Program-made: the position numbers and the translations under genes
The notes under the pieces: generated by a model
Seen by the model: the letters and a program-made list of their open reading frames with translations, nothing else
Told to the model about the DNA's origin: nothing
Databases searched by the model: none
Shown here: positions 37,114-46,204 of the stretch, one piece after another
Position numbering within the stretch: the stretch's first letter is position 1
How the letters are laid out: each line of letters opens with the position of its first letter
Assembly (NCBI GenBank): GCA_964443875.1
Contig: CAYUET010000012.1
Coordinates: 12,778 to 76,777, forward strand
DNA length: 64,000 nucleotides
Source: an uncultured bacterium
GTDB taxonomy: Bacteria > Auribacterota > JAFGBW01
Direction of reading: 5' to 3'

Positions 37114-39129
37114 TTATAACAGGGAATAGGGGTCAACATCAAGGGTGATAGAGCGCTGCAGGGATGTCTCTCCTGAACGTATTAATTGCTGAAGAAGAAA
37201 AACATGCTGTTTGATTTTCTGTGAAACGATAAGAATTTGAAATCTGAAGAGGGTTTTGATTTTTTCAATAGGGGCCGGATGCGGAATGGAAATCTGAACG
37301 CTTTTATCTTTGATTGCGCTTTGAAACCGTTCATAGATCCATTGGGCATTGTCTCTGGCAATCTTTTCTTTGGAGTGACTGATGGTCAGGAGAATAAAAC
37401 GGCTGAAGGGGGGATATTTCAGAGAGCGGCGCAAAGTGATTTCATATTCATAAAACGACTTGTAGTCATGGGTGAGGGCATAGTGAAAAACCGGATGACG
37501 GGGGGCATGAGTCTGAATGATGACTTCCCCTGAAATATCGCCTCGTCCCGCCCTCCCCGCCACCTGGGTTAAAAGCTGAAATGTGGATTCGCCGGCGCGA
37601 AAGTCCGGAAGGTTGAGGCTCAAATCACCGGAAAGAACACCGACGAGGGTAACTCCTTCGAAATGCAGGCCTTTCGCAATCATCTGGGTGCCTATTAAAA
37701 TGTCTGTTTTCCGCTCATGAAAATCCTGGCATACCTTTTCCAGGACCCCTTTTTTCTTTACTGTATCGGAGTCCAGTCTTGCGGTGCGGGCCTGAGGGAA
37801 GATCGCCTGTATCTGTTTTTCAACCTTTTCAGTTCCAAAGCCGATGAATTTCATGGCAGGCGCATGACAGGAAGGGCAGATGATACTCGGGACAAGAGAG
37901 GTATCGCAGCGGTGACATTTCATTCGGTTGTCATTTTTATGGTAGGTGAGAAGAATGCTGCAGGAGGGACATTGAAGGGTGTGCCCGCATTCTTTGCATA
38001 TCTGGCAGGTTGAAAAGCCTCTGCGGTTCAAAAAAAGTATTGTCTGTTCCTTGCGTTTCAGCCGGGCTTCCATGGCGGAAAGAAGTTCCCGCGAAAAAAG
38101 AAAGATTCCCAATGAGGTTTTGGTATCGCGTTTCATATTAATGAGGGTAATTTTGGGCATGGGTCTTGAAGAAACGCGGCTGGGGAGTTCCTGAAGATTA
38201 TATTTCCCGGTCATGCAGTTATGAAAGGATTCAAGGGAAGGGGTCGCGGAGCAGAGGACCACCTGGGCATTTTCGATTTGCCCCCTGACCACAGCCAGGT
38301 CCCTGGCATTGTAACGGGGGGATTCTTCCTGCTTGTAGGTTTTTTCATGTTCTTCATCGACAATAATAAGCCCCAGATTATTTAAAGGGGCGAAAATGGC
38401 CGAACGGGCACCCAACGCTATCCGGATTTCACCGGCGCAGGTTTTTTTCCAGTACCAGGCCCTTTCTGCTTCTGTGAGCCTGGAATGAAAAATCGCAATG
38501 GTGCTGGTAAAGCGCTTTTTAAAAATATTCACAAGCTGAGGCGTCAGGGCAATTTCAGGAACAATGACCAGAGCACTCTGATTTTTGTTCATGGCCTCCT
38601 GAATGGCCTGAAGATAAACTTCTGTTTTTCCGGACCCTGTCACTCCCCATAAAAGACAGACCTGTTTTGGAGAGGTCTGAAGACCGGTTTTGATTGCTTC
38701 AAAGGCGGACAGCTGATGGGGATTGAGATCCAGAGGCTGGGACAGGGATGGAGTGCTTAAGTCCGGAGTATTTTCTTTTTTTTTTCTTCGTTTTTTGAAC
38801 ACAAAACCCGGGACGGCGGATTTGATGACCATTCCAAGAGGGCAGGCATAATAATCGGATGTCCAGCGGCAGAGCTTAAGCAGGAAAGGGGAAAGGGGAG
38901 GAATATCATCAAGAAGGCGGTGGAGAGGTCTCAGTTTTTCAGGGGGAAGAGTAGTTTCGTTTTTAACACTCAGAATGCAGGCCGTGGCAGTCTGATGTTT
39001 GAGAGGTACTTCCGCAAAAGTTCCGGGATCGGGGAGGGGAAAGGAGGAAGGAAGGATATAATCCAGAATACGGTCCAGATATTGGTCTACAACCACTTCC
39101 ACGAAGCTGTCTTTAGGCTTTGAGGTCAT
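37114..39129 (-). CDS. priA: primosomal protein N' (replication restart helicase PriA)
   Basis: Walker A GVTGSGKTEVY, DEEH box (IIVDEEHE), a double zinc-binding insertion (CKECGHTLQCPSC...CHRCD...CPSC) and a C-terminal domain. 671 aa. Confidence 0.9.
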   Translation of the reverse strand: MTSKPKDSFVEVVVDQYLDRILDYILPSSFPLPDPGTFAEVPLKHQTATACILSVKNETTLPPEKLRPLHRLLDDIPPLSPFLLKLCRWTSDYYACPLGMVIKSAVPGFVFKKRRKKKENTPDLSTPSLSQPLDLNPHQLSAFEAIKTGLQTSPKQVCLLWGVTGSGKTEVYLQAIQEAMNKNQSALVIVPEIALTPQLVNIFKKRFTSTIAIFHSRLTEAERAWYWKKTCAGEIRIALGARSAIFAPLNNLGLIIVDEEHEKTYKQEESPRYNARDLAVVRGQIENAQVVLCSATPSLESFHNCMTGKYNLQELPSRVSSRPMPKITLINMKRDTKTSLGIFLFSRELLSAMEARLKRKEQTILFLNRRGFSTCQICKECGHTLQCPSCSILLTYHKNDNRMKCHRCDTSLVPSIICPSCHAPAMKFIGFGTEKVEKQIQAIFPQARTARLDSDTVKKKGVLEKVCQDFHERKTDILIGTQMIAKGLHFEGVTLVGVLSGDLSLNLPDFRAGESTFQLLTQVAGRAGRGDISGEVIIQTHAPRHPVFHYALTHDYKSFYEYEITLRRSLKYPPFSRFILLTISHSKEKIARDNAQWIYERFQSAIKDKSVQISIPHPAPIEKIKTLFRFQILIVSQKIKQHVFLLQQLIRSGETSLQRSITLDVDPYSLL

Positions 39130-39132
39130 GAT

Positions 39133-39900
39133 TTAAACCCTGAAACATTGATTCAGAATCGTCTGAAATTCCGCGATCAGGGCGCTGCGCAGAGTTTTTT
39201 TCTTAAACATGTATAGAGGATCGTAATTAAAATAGAAGGGAATTCCCTGAAGGATTTGGGAGAGGGAACGCAGAGCGTCGATTTTTTCCTCCCGTCCGCT
39301 GAGGATCTGTGAAACCCGTTCGCCGAGACAAAGAACAGCTTTTGGGGGAGTCTGAGTCAGGTTTTTGAGGAAATTTTCCTTCCATTGCAGAGCCTCCGGG
39401 GCGTCTTTGGGAAGAAAGTCAATACGGGAAGAATGCAGATAGGCTTTAGTAAAAAGATTTTCCCTGAAACCGGCTTCCACCAGAAGGGATTGAAGATAGA
39501 TCCCTGATTCATCTGTATAGGGAAGGGAGTTTAAAAGTTCTGTTTCAGAAGGACAAAGGCGGATAAGGCAAAGACCGTCTTTTAGCTGAACGAAGGAGGG
39601 CTCAAGAATTTTTGATTTTGAGGGTTCCGTAGTGAGGGGTTTAACAGGAGGCAAAAAGGGGGATGCTTGGGTAGCGGAGGGGATCGGGGATCGGGGCAGC
39701 GGTGCAGGAATTTTTTTTACGGAAACGGGGACTGTAACCGCAGGAGGATCTGAAATTTTTTTTTCAGGCAAAAGGATGTTTTCGGTACTCATGATCCAAG
39801 AGAGACCGTCCGCCGCTTTTTGATGAAGCTCTCTTTTAAGACTCCGGATACAATCCAGGAAAAGTTTTGTATCCGGGTTATCAAAGGAAGTGCTATTCAT
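39133..39900 (-). CDS. hypothetical protein: N-terminal helix, Pro-rich linker, C-terminal domain loosely resembling a degenerate family-4 uracil-DNA-glycosylase fold
   Basis: PAVTVPVSVKKIPAPLPRSPIPSATQASPFLPPVKPLTTEP linker. The C-terminus (LCLIRLCPSETE...PYTDESG...KAVLCLGERVSQIL) resembles the UDG pattern GEAPG..E...G.PF.G / V.LG..A but lacks the catalytic residues. Confidence 0.25.
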   Translation of the reverse strand: MNSTSFDNPDTKLFLDCIRSLKRELHQKAADGLSWIMSTENILLPEKKISDPPAVTVPVSVKKIPAPLPRSPIPSATQASPFLPPVKPLTTEPSKSKILEPSFVQLKDGLCLIRLCPSETELLNSLPYTDESGIYLQSLLVEAGFRENLFTKAYLHSSRIDFLPKDAPEALQWKENFLKNLTQTPPKAVLCLGERVSQILSGREEKIDALRSLSQILQGIPFYFNYDPLYMFKKKTLRSALIAEFQTILNQCFRV

Positions 39901-39914
39901 GAAAAAATCTTTTC

Positions 39915-41231
39915 TTACGGATGAGAATGTTTGACAGAAAGTCGACCGATGGAAGCGTAATCAAAGCCCAGATCCTTCATGACGGAAGTGTCAAAGAGAT
40001 TCCTTCCATCCATAATGATAGGCTGAAGCAACAGTTCTTTTACCTTCTTCAGATCCGCTTTTCTGAAAATTTCCCAGTCCGTGGCAATGATAAGACCGTC
40101 GCAGCCCTTTAAAATGGAATAGGGGTCTGTCCCATATTCGATATCCGGGACAATCTTTTTTGCCTTTTCCATGGCTTCAGGGTCATAGGCAATAATTTTA
40201 GTTCCTTCAGCCTGGAGTTTTTTGATAATGGGGAGAATCGGCGACATGCGCATGTCATCTGTATTGGCTTTAAATGCCAGTCCCCAGAGGGCTACTTTTT
40301 TTCCGTTCAGGACCCAGAGGGACTGTTCAATTTTTTTGAAGAAGTATTCCTGCTGGTCATGGTTGACTTTTTCAACGGCTTTCAGGAGGTCATAAGGATA
40401 TCCCAGATGTTCAGCGATTTTTATGAACGCCGAAACATCTTTGGGAAAGCAGGACCCGCCGTAACCGAGACTGGCTTCAAGAAATTGAAGACCAATGCGT
40501 TTGTCCAGCCCCATTCCCAAAGCAACCTGTTTAATGTCTGCTCCGGCCAGATCACAGATGTGGGAAACGGAATTGATAAATGAAATTTTTAAAGCCAGAA
40601 AGGAATTTGCAGCGTGTTTAATAATTTCGGCACTTTTGATATCCGTAACGATCAAAGGCTTGTCTTTCAGAGGTGCATAGATTTCCTTCATGATGGCGGC
40701 GGCTTTTTCAGAGGAGACTCCGATGACGATGCGGTCTGGTTCAAGAAAATCACTGATGGCGGATCCTTCCCTTAAGAATTCGGGATTGGACACCACATCA
40801 AAGGGGATTTTTTTATCGCCGTAACGGGCGATGGTTTCCGCCACTTTTTCTCCTGTTCTGACTGGAACAGTGCTTTTGTCGACAACGACTTTATAATCCC
40901 TCATGTATTTGGAAACATCTTTCGCAACTTTTTCAACAGAGCTTAAATCCGCTCCTCCATCAGGACGGGGGGGGGTGGAAACGGCAATAAAAATAGCCGT
41001 GGCAAAATCGGTTCCTTCTTCAATACTGTCGGAAAAAGAAAGTTTTTTGGATGCAACATGTTTTTTTACCAGATCTTCGAGTCCGGGTTCATAAATAGGA
41101 ATTTTATGTTGCCTGAGCATGTTGACTTTGTTGATGTCATTGTCCACACAAAGGACTTCATGCCCGATTTCTGCAAAACAGGCTCCGCTGACGAGGCCTA
41201 CATATCCGGTTCCAATAATAGTAATCTTCAT
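39915..41231 (-). CDS. ugd: UDP-glucose 6-dehydrogenase (nucleotide-sugar dehydrogenase family)
   Basis: MKITIIGTGYVGLVSGACFAEIGHEVLCVDNDINKV (Rossmann), catalytic Cys region GGSCFPKDV and a UDPG_MGDP_dh C-domain. The track ORF extends 13 codons upstream to 41270; the conserved start is MKITIIG at 41231. Confidence 0.85.
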   Translation of the reverse strand: MKITIIGTGYVGLVSGACFAEIGHEVLCVDNDINKVNMLRQHKIPIYEPGLEDLVKKHVASKKLSFSDSIEEGTDFATAIFIAVSTPPRPDGGADLSSVEKVAKDVSKYMRDYKVVVDKSTVPVRTGEKVAETIARYGDKKIPFDVVSNPEFLREGSAISDFLEPDRIVIGVSSEKAAAIMKEIYAPLKDKPLIVTDIKSAEIIKHAANSFLALKISFINSVSHICDLAGADIKQVALGMGLDKRIGLQFLEASLGYGGSCFPKDVSAFIKIAEHLGYPYDLLKAVEKVNHDQQEYFFKKIEQSLWVLNGKKVALWGLAFKANTDDMRMSPILPIIKKLQAEGTKIIAYDPEAMEKAKKIVPDIEYGTDPYSILKGCDGLIIATDWEIFRKADLKKVKELLLQPIIMDGRNLFDTSVMKDLGFDYASIGRLSVKHSHP

Positions 41232-41266
41232 TTTTTTCTCCTGAATATTAATCCTTAAATCTAAAA

Positions 41267-43360
41267 TCAAGTTTTGCTTTTCAACAACTGAAGACCTGGC
41301 GATGCCATTCCCTTCGGGGAAAACATAAAGTAAATAATGGTTTCATCCCTGTAATCCCGCTGCAGTAATCGCGTTGAAAAATCAAGGCAGTGCATGCTTT
41401 TAATAATGGCGATTTCAGAGCGTTCGACCAGGGATTGGCCGGTATTGTAGTAGGCGTAACCGCGTATAAAAATATCATCTGAAAAATTAAAGGAGAGTTC
41501 CGGTGCGACAATTTCGTCTTCATTCTCACCCCTGTACCAGTAAAAACAGGAGAGCCCGACTTTATTACTGAATCTCCAGGAAAGATCTGTTCTGAAATCA
41601 TCTGTCCGGTTTTCCGCCATGTTGTATGTCCAGTAAAGATCAATCATGGTATTGTCCGTGGTGCGGATCTGTGAATCAACCCCCAGGTCTGTCCAGTTAT
41701 CGTCTTTTGCTTCAAAATCATAGGTGATAAAATAGCGGGTGTTCAGGAGTGTTTTAATTTTACCGTCTTTTTTTCCCTGCCATCTGGAAATCAGGTTAGG
41801 GGTCAGGGTGTTTGTTTCAGGACGGGAATCATATTCATCAAACTGTATGATATCGTGATCTTCAAGATCGGGTTCCGGTCTGAAAAAGTATTCCAGGCCA
41901 GGAGTAAGGATGTGCCGGAAACGGGAGCATCCCCATACGGGATTTTGCGTGTCAAAAACTTTTGTAAGATTTGTCGACAGGTCAACCGTGTAGTTTTGAA
42001 CCCAGCGAAGGTCTCCGTCAGCATATTCCCTTGAACCATCCGCCCGAATGGATTCCCCGAGGGTGTCGGAGTACCAGATTCCTTCAAGATCCACCCTGGG
42101 GTTGACATTAAGCCACCCGAAATATTTTTTGGAGTAGCTCAAGGATTCTCCCGTATATCCTCTTAAGGCGTCATATTCGATCTGGTTATCCGTAAAGTTT
42201 TGACGAAGGTTTGCCACGTGATTGTTGCTGGTAAAATAGAGATTGGTGTCGGTGCCCAGTTCAAATTCATAAATATTGAGATCATACTGGGGAAGGCGTT
42301 CCAGCATGTTATCGAAATTATTTGTTTTGAAGCGCATCGTCACTCCGGAGGAGTAATCTTCATCTGCATAATAGAGGCGGTAGCGGTTGTCCCACTGCAC
42401 GTTTTCATAGAATTCATCCCGGAAAAAATCTTCATAGATATCCGGGTCAGAATGCTTATTGACTTCAAGGGCTGATTTGAGTCCGTTTTTAAAACGGGTT
42501 GTGTTGTTCACAGAAATACGGTACCGGGACAGAGTGCCGGCCTCTTCAGTAGATTGATTAGGCTCAAACTCCTGGTCTTCAATAAAATAAGTGATCAGTT
42601 TTCCTTTGCTGTTTTTTGAAATCATTTTTGCATCAACACCCACTCCGACCCCCCTCTTGGTATAAAGATCAGCATTTGCAGTCGCCTTAACAGTGTTGGT
42701 TTTTAGGAAATCATAATGGGTAAGCGTTTCAAATCCATGTTCGCTTCCAACGCCGAAACGCACGCCGAAACGGGAATCTTCATTCAGGGAGCGTTTGTAC
42801 ACTGGAAAGTAGAAAATGGGAACAGGGCCAAGCCAGAAAGTCGCCTTTTTTGCAACGAATTCCCTGTCAGGAGAAAAAATGATTTCAGAAGCCGTCATGT
42901 AGAAATGAGGCTGGTCTTTGGTGCAGGTACTGACTCTGGCCTCCTGAATACGGATGGTGTTGTTTTCGATCTGCTCCACTTTGGTGCCGGTCATAATCCA
43001 GATTTCTTCAACCGTAGAGGCATTGTTCATGACCCCGCGTTTGGCATCAAAATCATAGCTCACATCATCACAGAAAAAAATACGGTTCTTGTCTCTGATA
43101 AGAACATGTCCTGAGGCAACCGCTCTGCGTTCCTGGTTGTATAGTTTTGCTTCATCAGAGATAAGGGAGTAGTTATCTTTTTTAATGCACACATTCCCGC
43201 TGAAGTTGCTGACATTGTTTTCATAATCGAAATCGACTTTATCCGCGTTCATTTGAACGCCTTCAGTCATGTCCGCCGCCTGAAGCAGAAAAGAGAAAAG
43301 GGCAATACTGCAAAACAGCATCGACCTTTGCAGTAAATCATTATAAACGCAGGATCTCAC
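41267..43360 (-). CDS. lptD: LPS-assembly outer-membrane protein LptD (OstA family)
   Basis: Signal peptide, OstA-N-like beta-jellyroll (FSGNVCIKKDNYSLISDEAKLYNQERRAVASGHVLIRDK) and a large C-terminal beta-barrel. 697 aa. Confidence 0.8.
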   Translation of the reverse strand: MRSCVYNDLLQRSMLFCSIALFSFLLQAADMTEGVQMNADKVDFDYENNVSNFSGNVCIKKDNYSLISDEAKLYNQERRAVASGHVLIRDKNRIFFCDDVSYDFDAKRGVMNNASTVEEIWIMTGTKVEQIENNTIRIQEARVSTCTKDQPHFYMTASEIIFSPDREFVAKKATFWLGPVPIFYFPVYKRSLNEDSRFGVRFGVGSEHGFETLTHYDFLKTNTVKATANADLYTKRGVGVGVDAKMISKNSKGKLITYFIEDQEFEPNQSTEEAGTLSRYRISVNNTTRFKNGLKSALEVNKHSDPDIYEDFFRDEFYENVQWDNRYRLYYADEDYSSGVTMRFKTNNFDNMLERLPQYDLNIYEFELGTDTNLYFTSNNHVANLRQNFTDNQIEYDALRGYTGESLSYSKKYFGWLNVNPRVDLEGIWYSDTLGESIRADGSREYADGDLRWVQNYTVDLSTNLTKVFDTQNPVWGCSRFRHILTPGLEYFFRPEPDLEDHDIIQFDEYDSRPETNTLTPNLISRWQGKKDGKIKTLLNTRYFITYDFEAKDDNWTDLGVDSQIRTTDNTMIDLYWTYNMAENRTDDFRTDLSWRFSNKVGLSCFYWYRGENEDEIVAPELSFNFSDDIFIRGYAYYNTGQSLVERSEIAIIKSMHCLDFSTRLLQRDYRDETIIYFMFSPKGMASPGLQLLKSKT

Positions 43361-43494
43361 ACAGAATCTCCTTTTTTATATTTCAAACAGGATGAGATTA
43401 AAGAAATAAAAAAATCAAATATTTAAAACCTTTTTAGTTGAATTAATCAACTTCTATTTAAGCCAGGGTTCTTCTTTATAAGGCCCCTTAAATA

Positions 43495-43524
43495 TTGACC
43501 CCGAGAAAACGGGGTTCATATAAT
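43495..43524 (+). promoter_or_regulatory. near-consensus sigma70-type promoter (TTGACC-18 nt-TATAAT) upstream of degP, with a CCCCG-N6-CGGGG hairpin in the spacer
   Basis: -35 TTGACC at 43495-43500 and -10 TATAAT at 43519-43524. The inverted repeat is at 43499-43514. Confidence 0.4.
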
Positions 43525-43593
43525 GCTCCCTTTGGGAATGGGGCTCATATAAATAATGCTCCCTTTGGGAATAGGGCTCATATAATGGCCCTT
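43512..43593. repeat. three tandem ~28-33-nt repeats (GGGNTCATATAAT[GCTCCCTTTGGGAAT]), each carrying a -10-like TATAAT
   Basis: Direct repeats are visible at 43512-43539, 43540-43572 and 43573-43593. Confidence 0.6.
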
Positions 43594-43683
43594 AAAAAAT
43601 TCTTTTAATATTGGAAGTTTTAGATTAAAACAGGCGGACTGAAATACAAAAGAATTGATTAAGCGGAAAAGGAGAAAACAGCC

Positions 43684-45111
43684 ATGAAAAAACTGATTTC
43701 AACGATTTCAAAAACCATTCTGACCGTTATTTTTTATTTTTCGGTCTCTTATGTGTATTGCACTGAAGCTCAAAAACTGGAAGATACTTTTGTGGAATTG
43801 AGCCAGAATACAGGCCCTGCCGTTGTAACAATCACTGTCGTTCAGACGGTGGGCAGGGGTGTCGCCCCCCAGGGCATGACCGGTGATCCCATGATGGACG
43901 AATTCTTTTATCGTTTTTTTGGAGGAAGGCCTCAGGAGTACAAACAAAAAGGAATGGGCTCTGGTTTCATTCTCGATAAAGATGGTCATATCCTCACGAA
44001 TGATCATGTGATCGGTAATGCGGAGGATATCGAAGTCACTCTGCCGGATGGACGGAATTTCAAAGCGGCCCTTCTGGGAAGCGATCCCAGGAGCGACATT
44101 GCTCTGATTAAAATCAAGGGAGACAATCTTCCTTTTTTAAAGCTTGGAGATTCTGATCAGGTCAAACCCGGACAGTGGGCTTTAGCTTTGGGAAACCCTT
44201 TCGGCAATATTGTCAATAATCCGAAGCCTACCATTACGGCAGGCATTGTATCGGCGGTTCACAGGACCATCAATATCCGGGAAGAAGACCGTATGTACGG
44301 GGATCTTATACAGACGGATGCCTCCATCAATCAGGGGAATTCAGGAGGTCCGCTGGTTAATCTTAAAGGGGAAGTGATTGGAATAAATACCTTGATTTTC
44401 AGCCCCTCAGGAGGCAGTGTGGGGATAGGATTCGCCATTCCCATTAACCGGGGAAAGGCCATTTTACAGGATCTCATCAGCGGACGGGAAGTCCGGCACG
44501 GCTGGATCGGGCTCTGGCTTCAGGATGTGAGCATGGAGATGGTGCGTCAGTTCGGTCTGACTTCGAGGGAAACAGGGGCTCTTGTCTTTAAGGTCGAAAA
44601 GGGCAGTCCTGGAGAAGCAGCCGGGTTTGAATCCGGGGATATCCTTCTGGAAATCAATGATCAGCCGATCCAGAATTCTGCAGATGTGACCCGTATTGTT
44701 TCCGGGAAAAGACCCGGAGAAAAACTTCATTGCCGGATTTTTAGGAGTGGCAAAGAGAAGAAAATCGAGGCAACCATCGGAGAGCGCAGGGAAGAGGCTT
44801 CAGCAAGAGAGAATGCGCGGAAACCAACCCCGCAGAAAGTGGAGTGGAGGGGGCTTGTTGTGGAGGAGATTACGGATCAAATGGCTGAGACCTACGGGCT
44901 TGCTTCCCGTGAAGGAGTTATTGCCAGCAAAGTAGCCTTTGGCTCGCCGGCCTTCAATGCGCGTATTTCTGCCGGAGACGTGATTTATTCGATTGCGCAG
45001 AATCCGGTTAATTCAACGGAGGATTTTAAAAAGATTGCGTCTCAGCATATACAGGGGGATGTCCTGGTTCATACCTCCAGGGGGTATGTTGTGATTTATG
45101 ACCAGAATTAA
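43684..45111 (+). CDS. degP: periplasmic serine endoprotease DegP/HtrA (trypsin-like domain + 2 PDZ)
   Basis: Signal peptide, catalytic-triad contexts (GHILTNDHVI; DIALIKI; GNSGGPL) and two PDZ-like segments. 475 aa. Confidence 0.9.
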   Translation: MKKLISTISKTILTVIFYFSVSYVYCTEAQKLEDTFVELSQNTGPAVVTITVVQTVGRGVAPQGMTGDPMMDEFFYRFFGGRPQEYKQKGMGSGFILDKDGHILTNDHVIGNAEDIEVTLPDGRNFKAALLGSDPRSDIALIKIKGDNLPFLKLGDSDQVKPGQWALALGNPFGNIVNNPKPTITAGIVSAVHRTINIREEDRMYGDLIQTDASINQGNSGGPLVNLKGEVIGINTLIFSPSGGSVGIGFAIPINRGKAILQDLISGREVRHGWIGLWLQDVSMEMVRQFGLTSRETGALVFKVEKGSPGEAAGFESGDILLEINDQPIQNSADVTRIVSGKRPGEKLHCRIFRSGKEKKIEATIGERREEASARENARKPTPQKVEWRGLVVEEITDQMAETYGLASREGVIASKVAFGSPAFNARISAGDVIYSIAQNPVNSTEDFKKIASQHIQGDVLVHTSRGYVVIYDQN

Positions 45112-45134
45112 TAAACTTAAGGAAGGACAAGGAT

Positions 45135-45764
45135 ATGTTTGAAGGAAAGACCCTGTGGGATATCGTCAATATGGGAGGATTTACCATGTATATCCTCATT
45201 TTTTGTTCGGTGCTTTCTCTGGCTGTCATTGCGGAGAGACTTATAAATTATTTCAGACGTTCCCGGATGGATAAATTTTTTTTCATGGAAAAGATCCAGG
45301 ATTCTGTTGAAAAAGGGCAGGTGGATCAGGCTTTGCTTTTATGCGAGAAAGGGAAATCTCCTTATTGTTCTGTTGTCCGCATGGGGCTTAAAAATATCAA
45401 GCATGAGGAAAAGGTCATTCAAAGTGCCATGGAAAGAGAAATTATGCTGGAAACCGTGCTTTTGGAACGCTATACTACCATTGTGGGGACTATCGGCAAT
45501 ATCGCTGTTTACATCGGACTTTTCGGGACAGTGCTGGGGATTGTGAATTCCTTTCATAATATCGCCAGAATCGGCTCCGGGGGGATTTCAACAGTGATCG
45601 GAGGAGTTTCCGAGGCCCTCATTTGTACGGCAACAGGGCTTCTGGTTGCCATTCCGGCTGTTGTCGCCTACAATTATTTTTTAAGGCGTATCGACCGGTT
45701 TACAACGGAAATGCAGTATTGCGCTTCAGCAACCTTAGACCTGATTACCCTTAAAAAATCATGA
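45135..45764 (+). CDS. exbB: MotA/TolQ/ExbB-family proton-channel protein
   Basis: 3 TM helices with the conserved C-terminal TM2-TM3 region (GLFGTVLGIVNSF...EALICTATGLLVAIPAVVAYN). 209 aa. Confidence 0.75.
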   Translation: MFEGKTLWDIVNMGGFTMYILIFCSVLSLAVIAERLINYFRRSRMDKFFFMEKIQDSVEKGQVDQALLLCEKGKSPYCSVVRMGLKNIKHEEKVIQSAMEREIMLETVLLERYTTIVGTIGNIAVYIGLFGTVLGIVNSFHNIARIGSGGISTVIGGVSEALICTATGLLVAIPAVVAYNYFLRRIDRFTTEMQYCASATLDLITLKKS

Positions 45765-46177
45765 AGAAGCCTGTCAGAAATGAAAGAGTCATGGCAGAGA
45801 TCAACATTACCCCCTTTACGGATGTGGTGCTGGTGCTCCTGGTCATCTTCATGATCACCACTCCGCTTATCATGCAGCCGGAAATCAAGATTGATCTGCC
45901 TTCTGCTAAATCCGCACAGTCAGAGGTCCATAAAACCGTGACGGTTCTCCTGGATCCCAGGGGGTATATATTTATTGACGAGAAAAAAGTGGAGAGCAGA
46001 GATCTTTCGGATTCTATTGCCCGAAAGCTGAAGGAGGATCCGCAGACTCCTGTGGTCCTTAAAGCGGACCGCAAGGTACTCTATGATGATGTGGTGAATG
46101 CTATTGATGCCTGCAAACAGGGCGGGGCTACGAAATTTGCACTGGCTGTGGAGCTGACAAAGAAGGCTGAAGCTTAG
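45761..46177 (+). CDS. exbD: ExbD/TolR-family biopolymer transport protein
   Basis: EINITPFTDVVLVLLVIFMITTPL (typical ExbD N-terminal TM), periplasmic domain, 138 aa. Coupled to exbB (ATGA). Confidence 0.75.
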   Translation: MKKPVRNERVMAEINITPFTDVVLVLLVIFMITTPLIMQPEIKIDLPSAKSAQSEVHKTVTVLLDPRGYIFIDEKKVESRDLSDSIARKLKEDPQTPVVLKADRKVLYDDVVNAIDACKQGGATKFALAVELTKKAEA

Positions 46178-46204
46178 AGTTGCCGGTGGATTAAATCCGG
46201 AATT

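Noticed and set aside
43512-43593. Possible CRISPR-like array (the short direct repeats upstream of degP, and the 35020-35420 repeats)
   Set aside because: The repeats are directly adjacent with no unique spacers, only 2-3 copies, and wrong lengths. There are no cas genes in the window.
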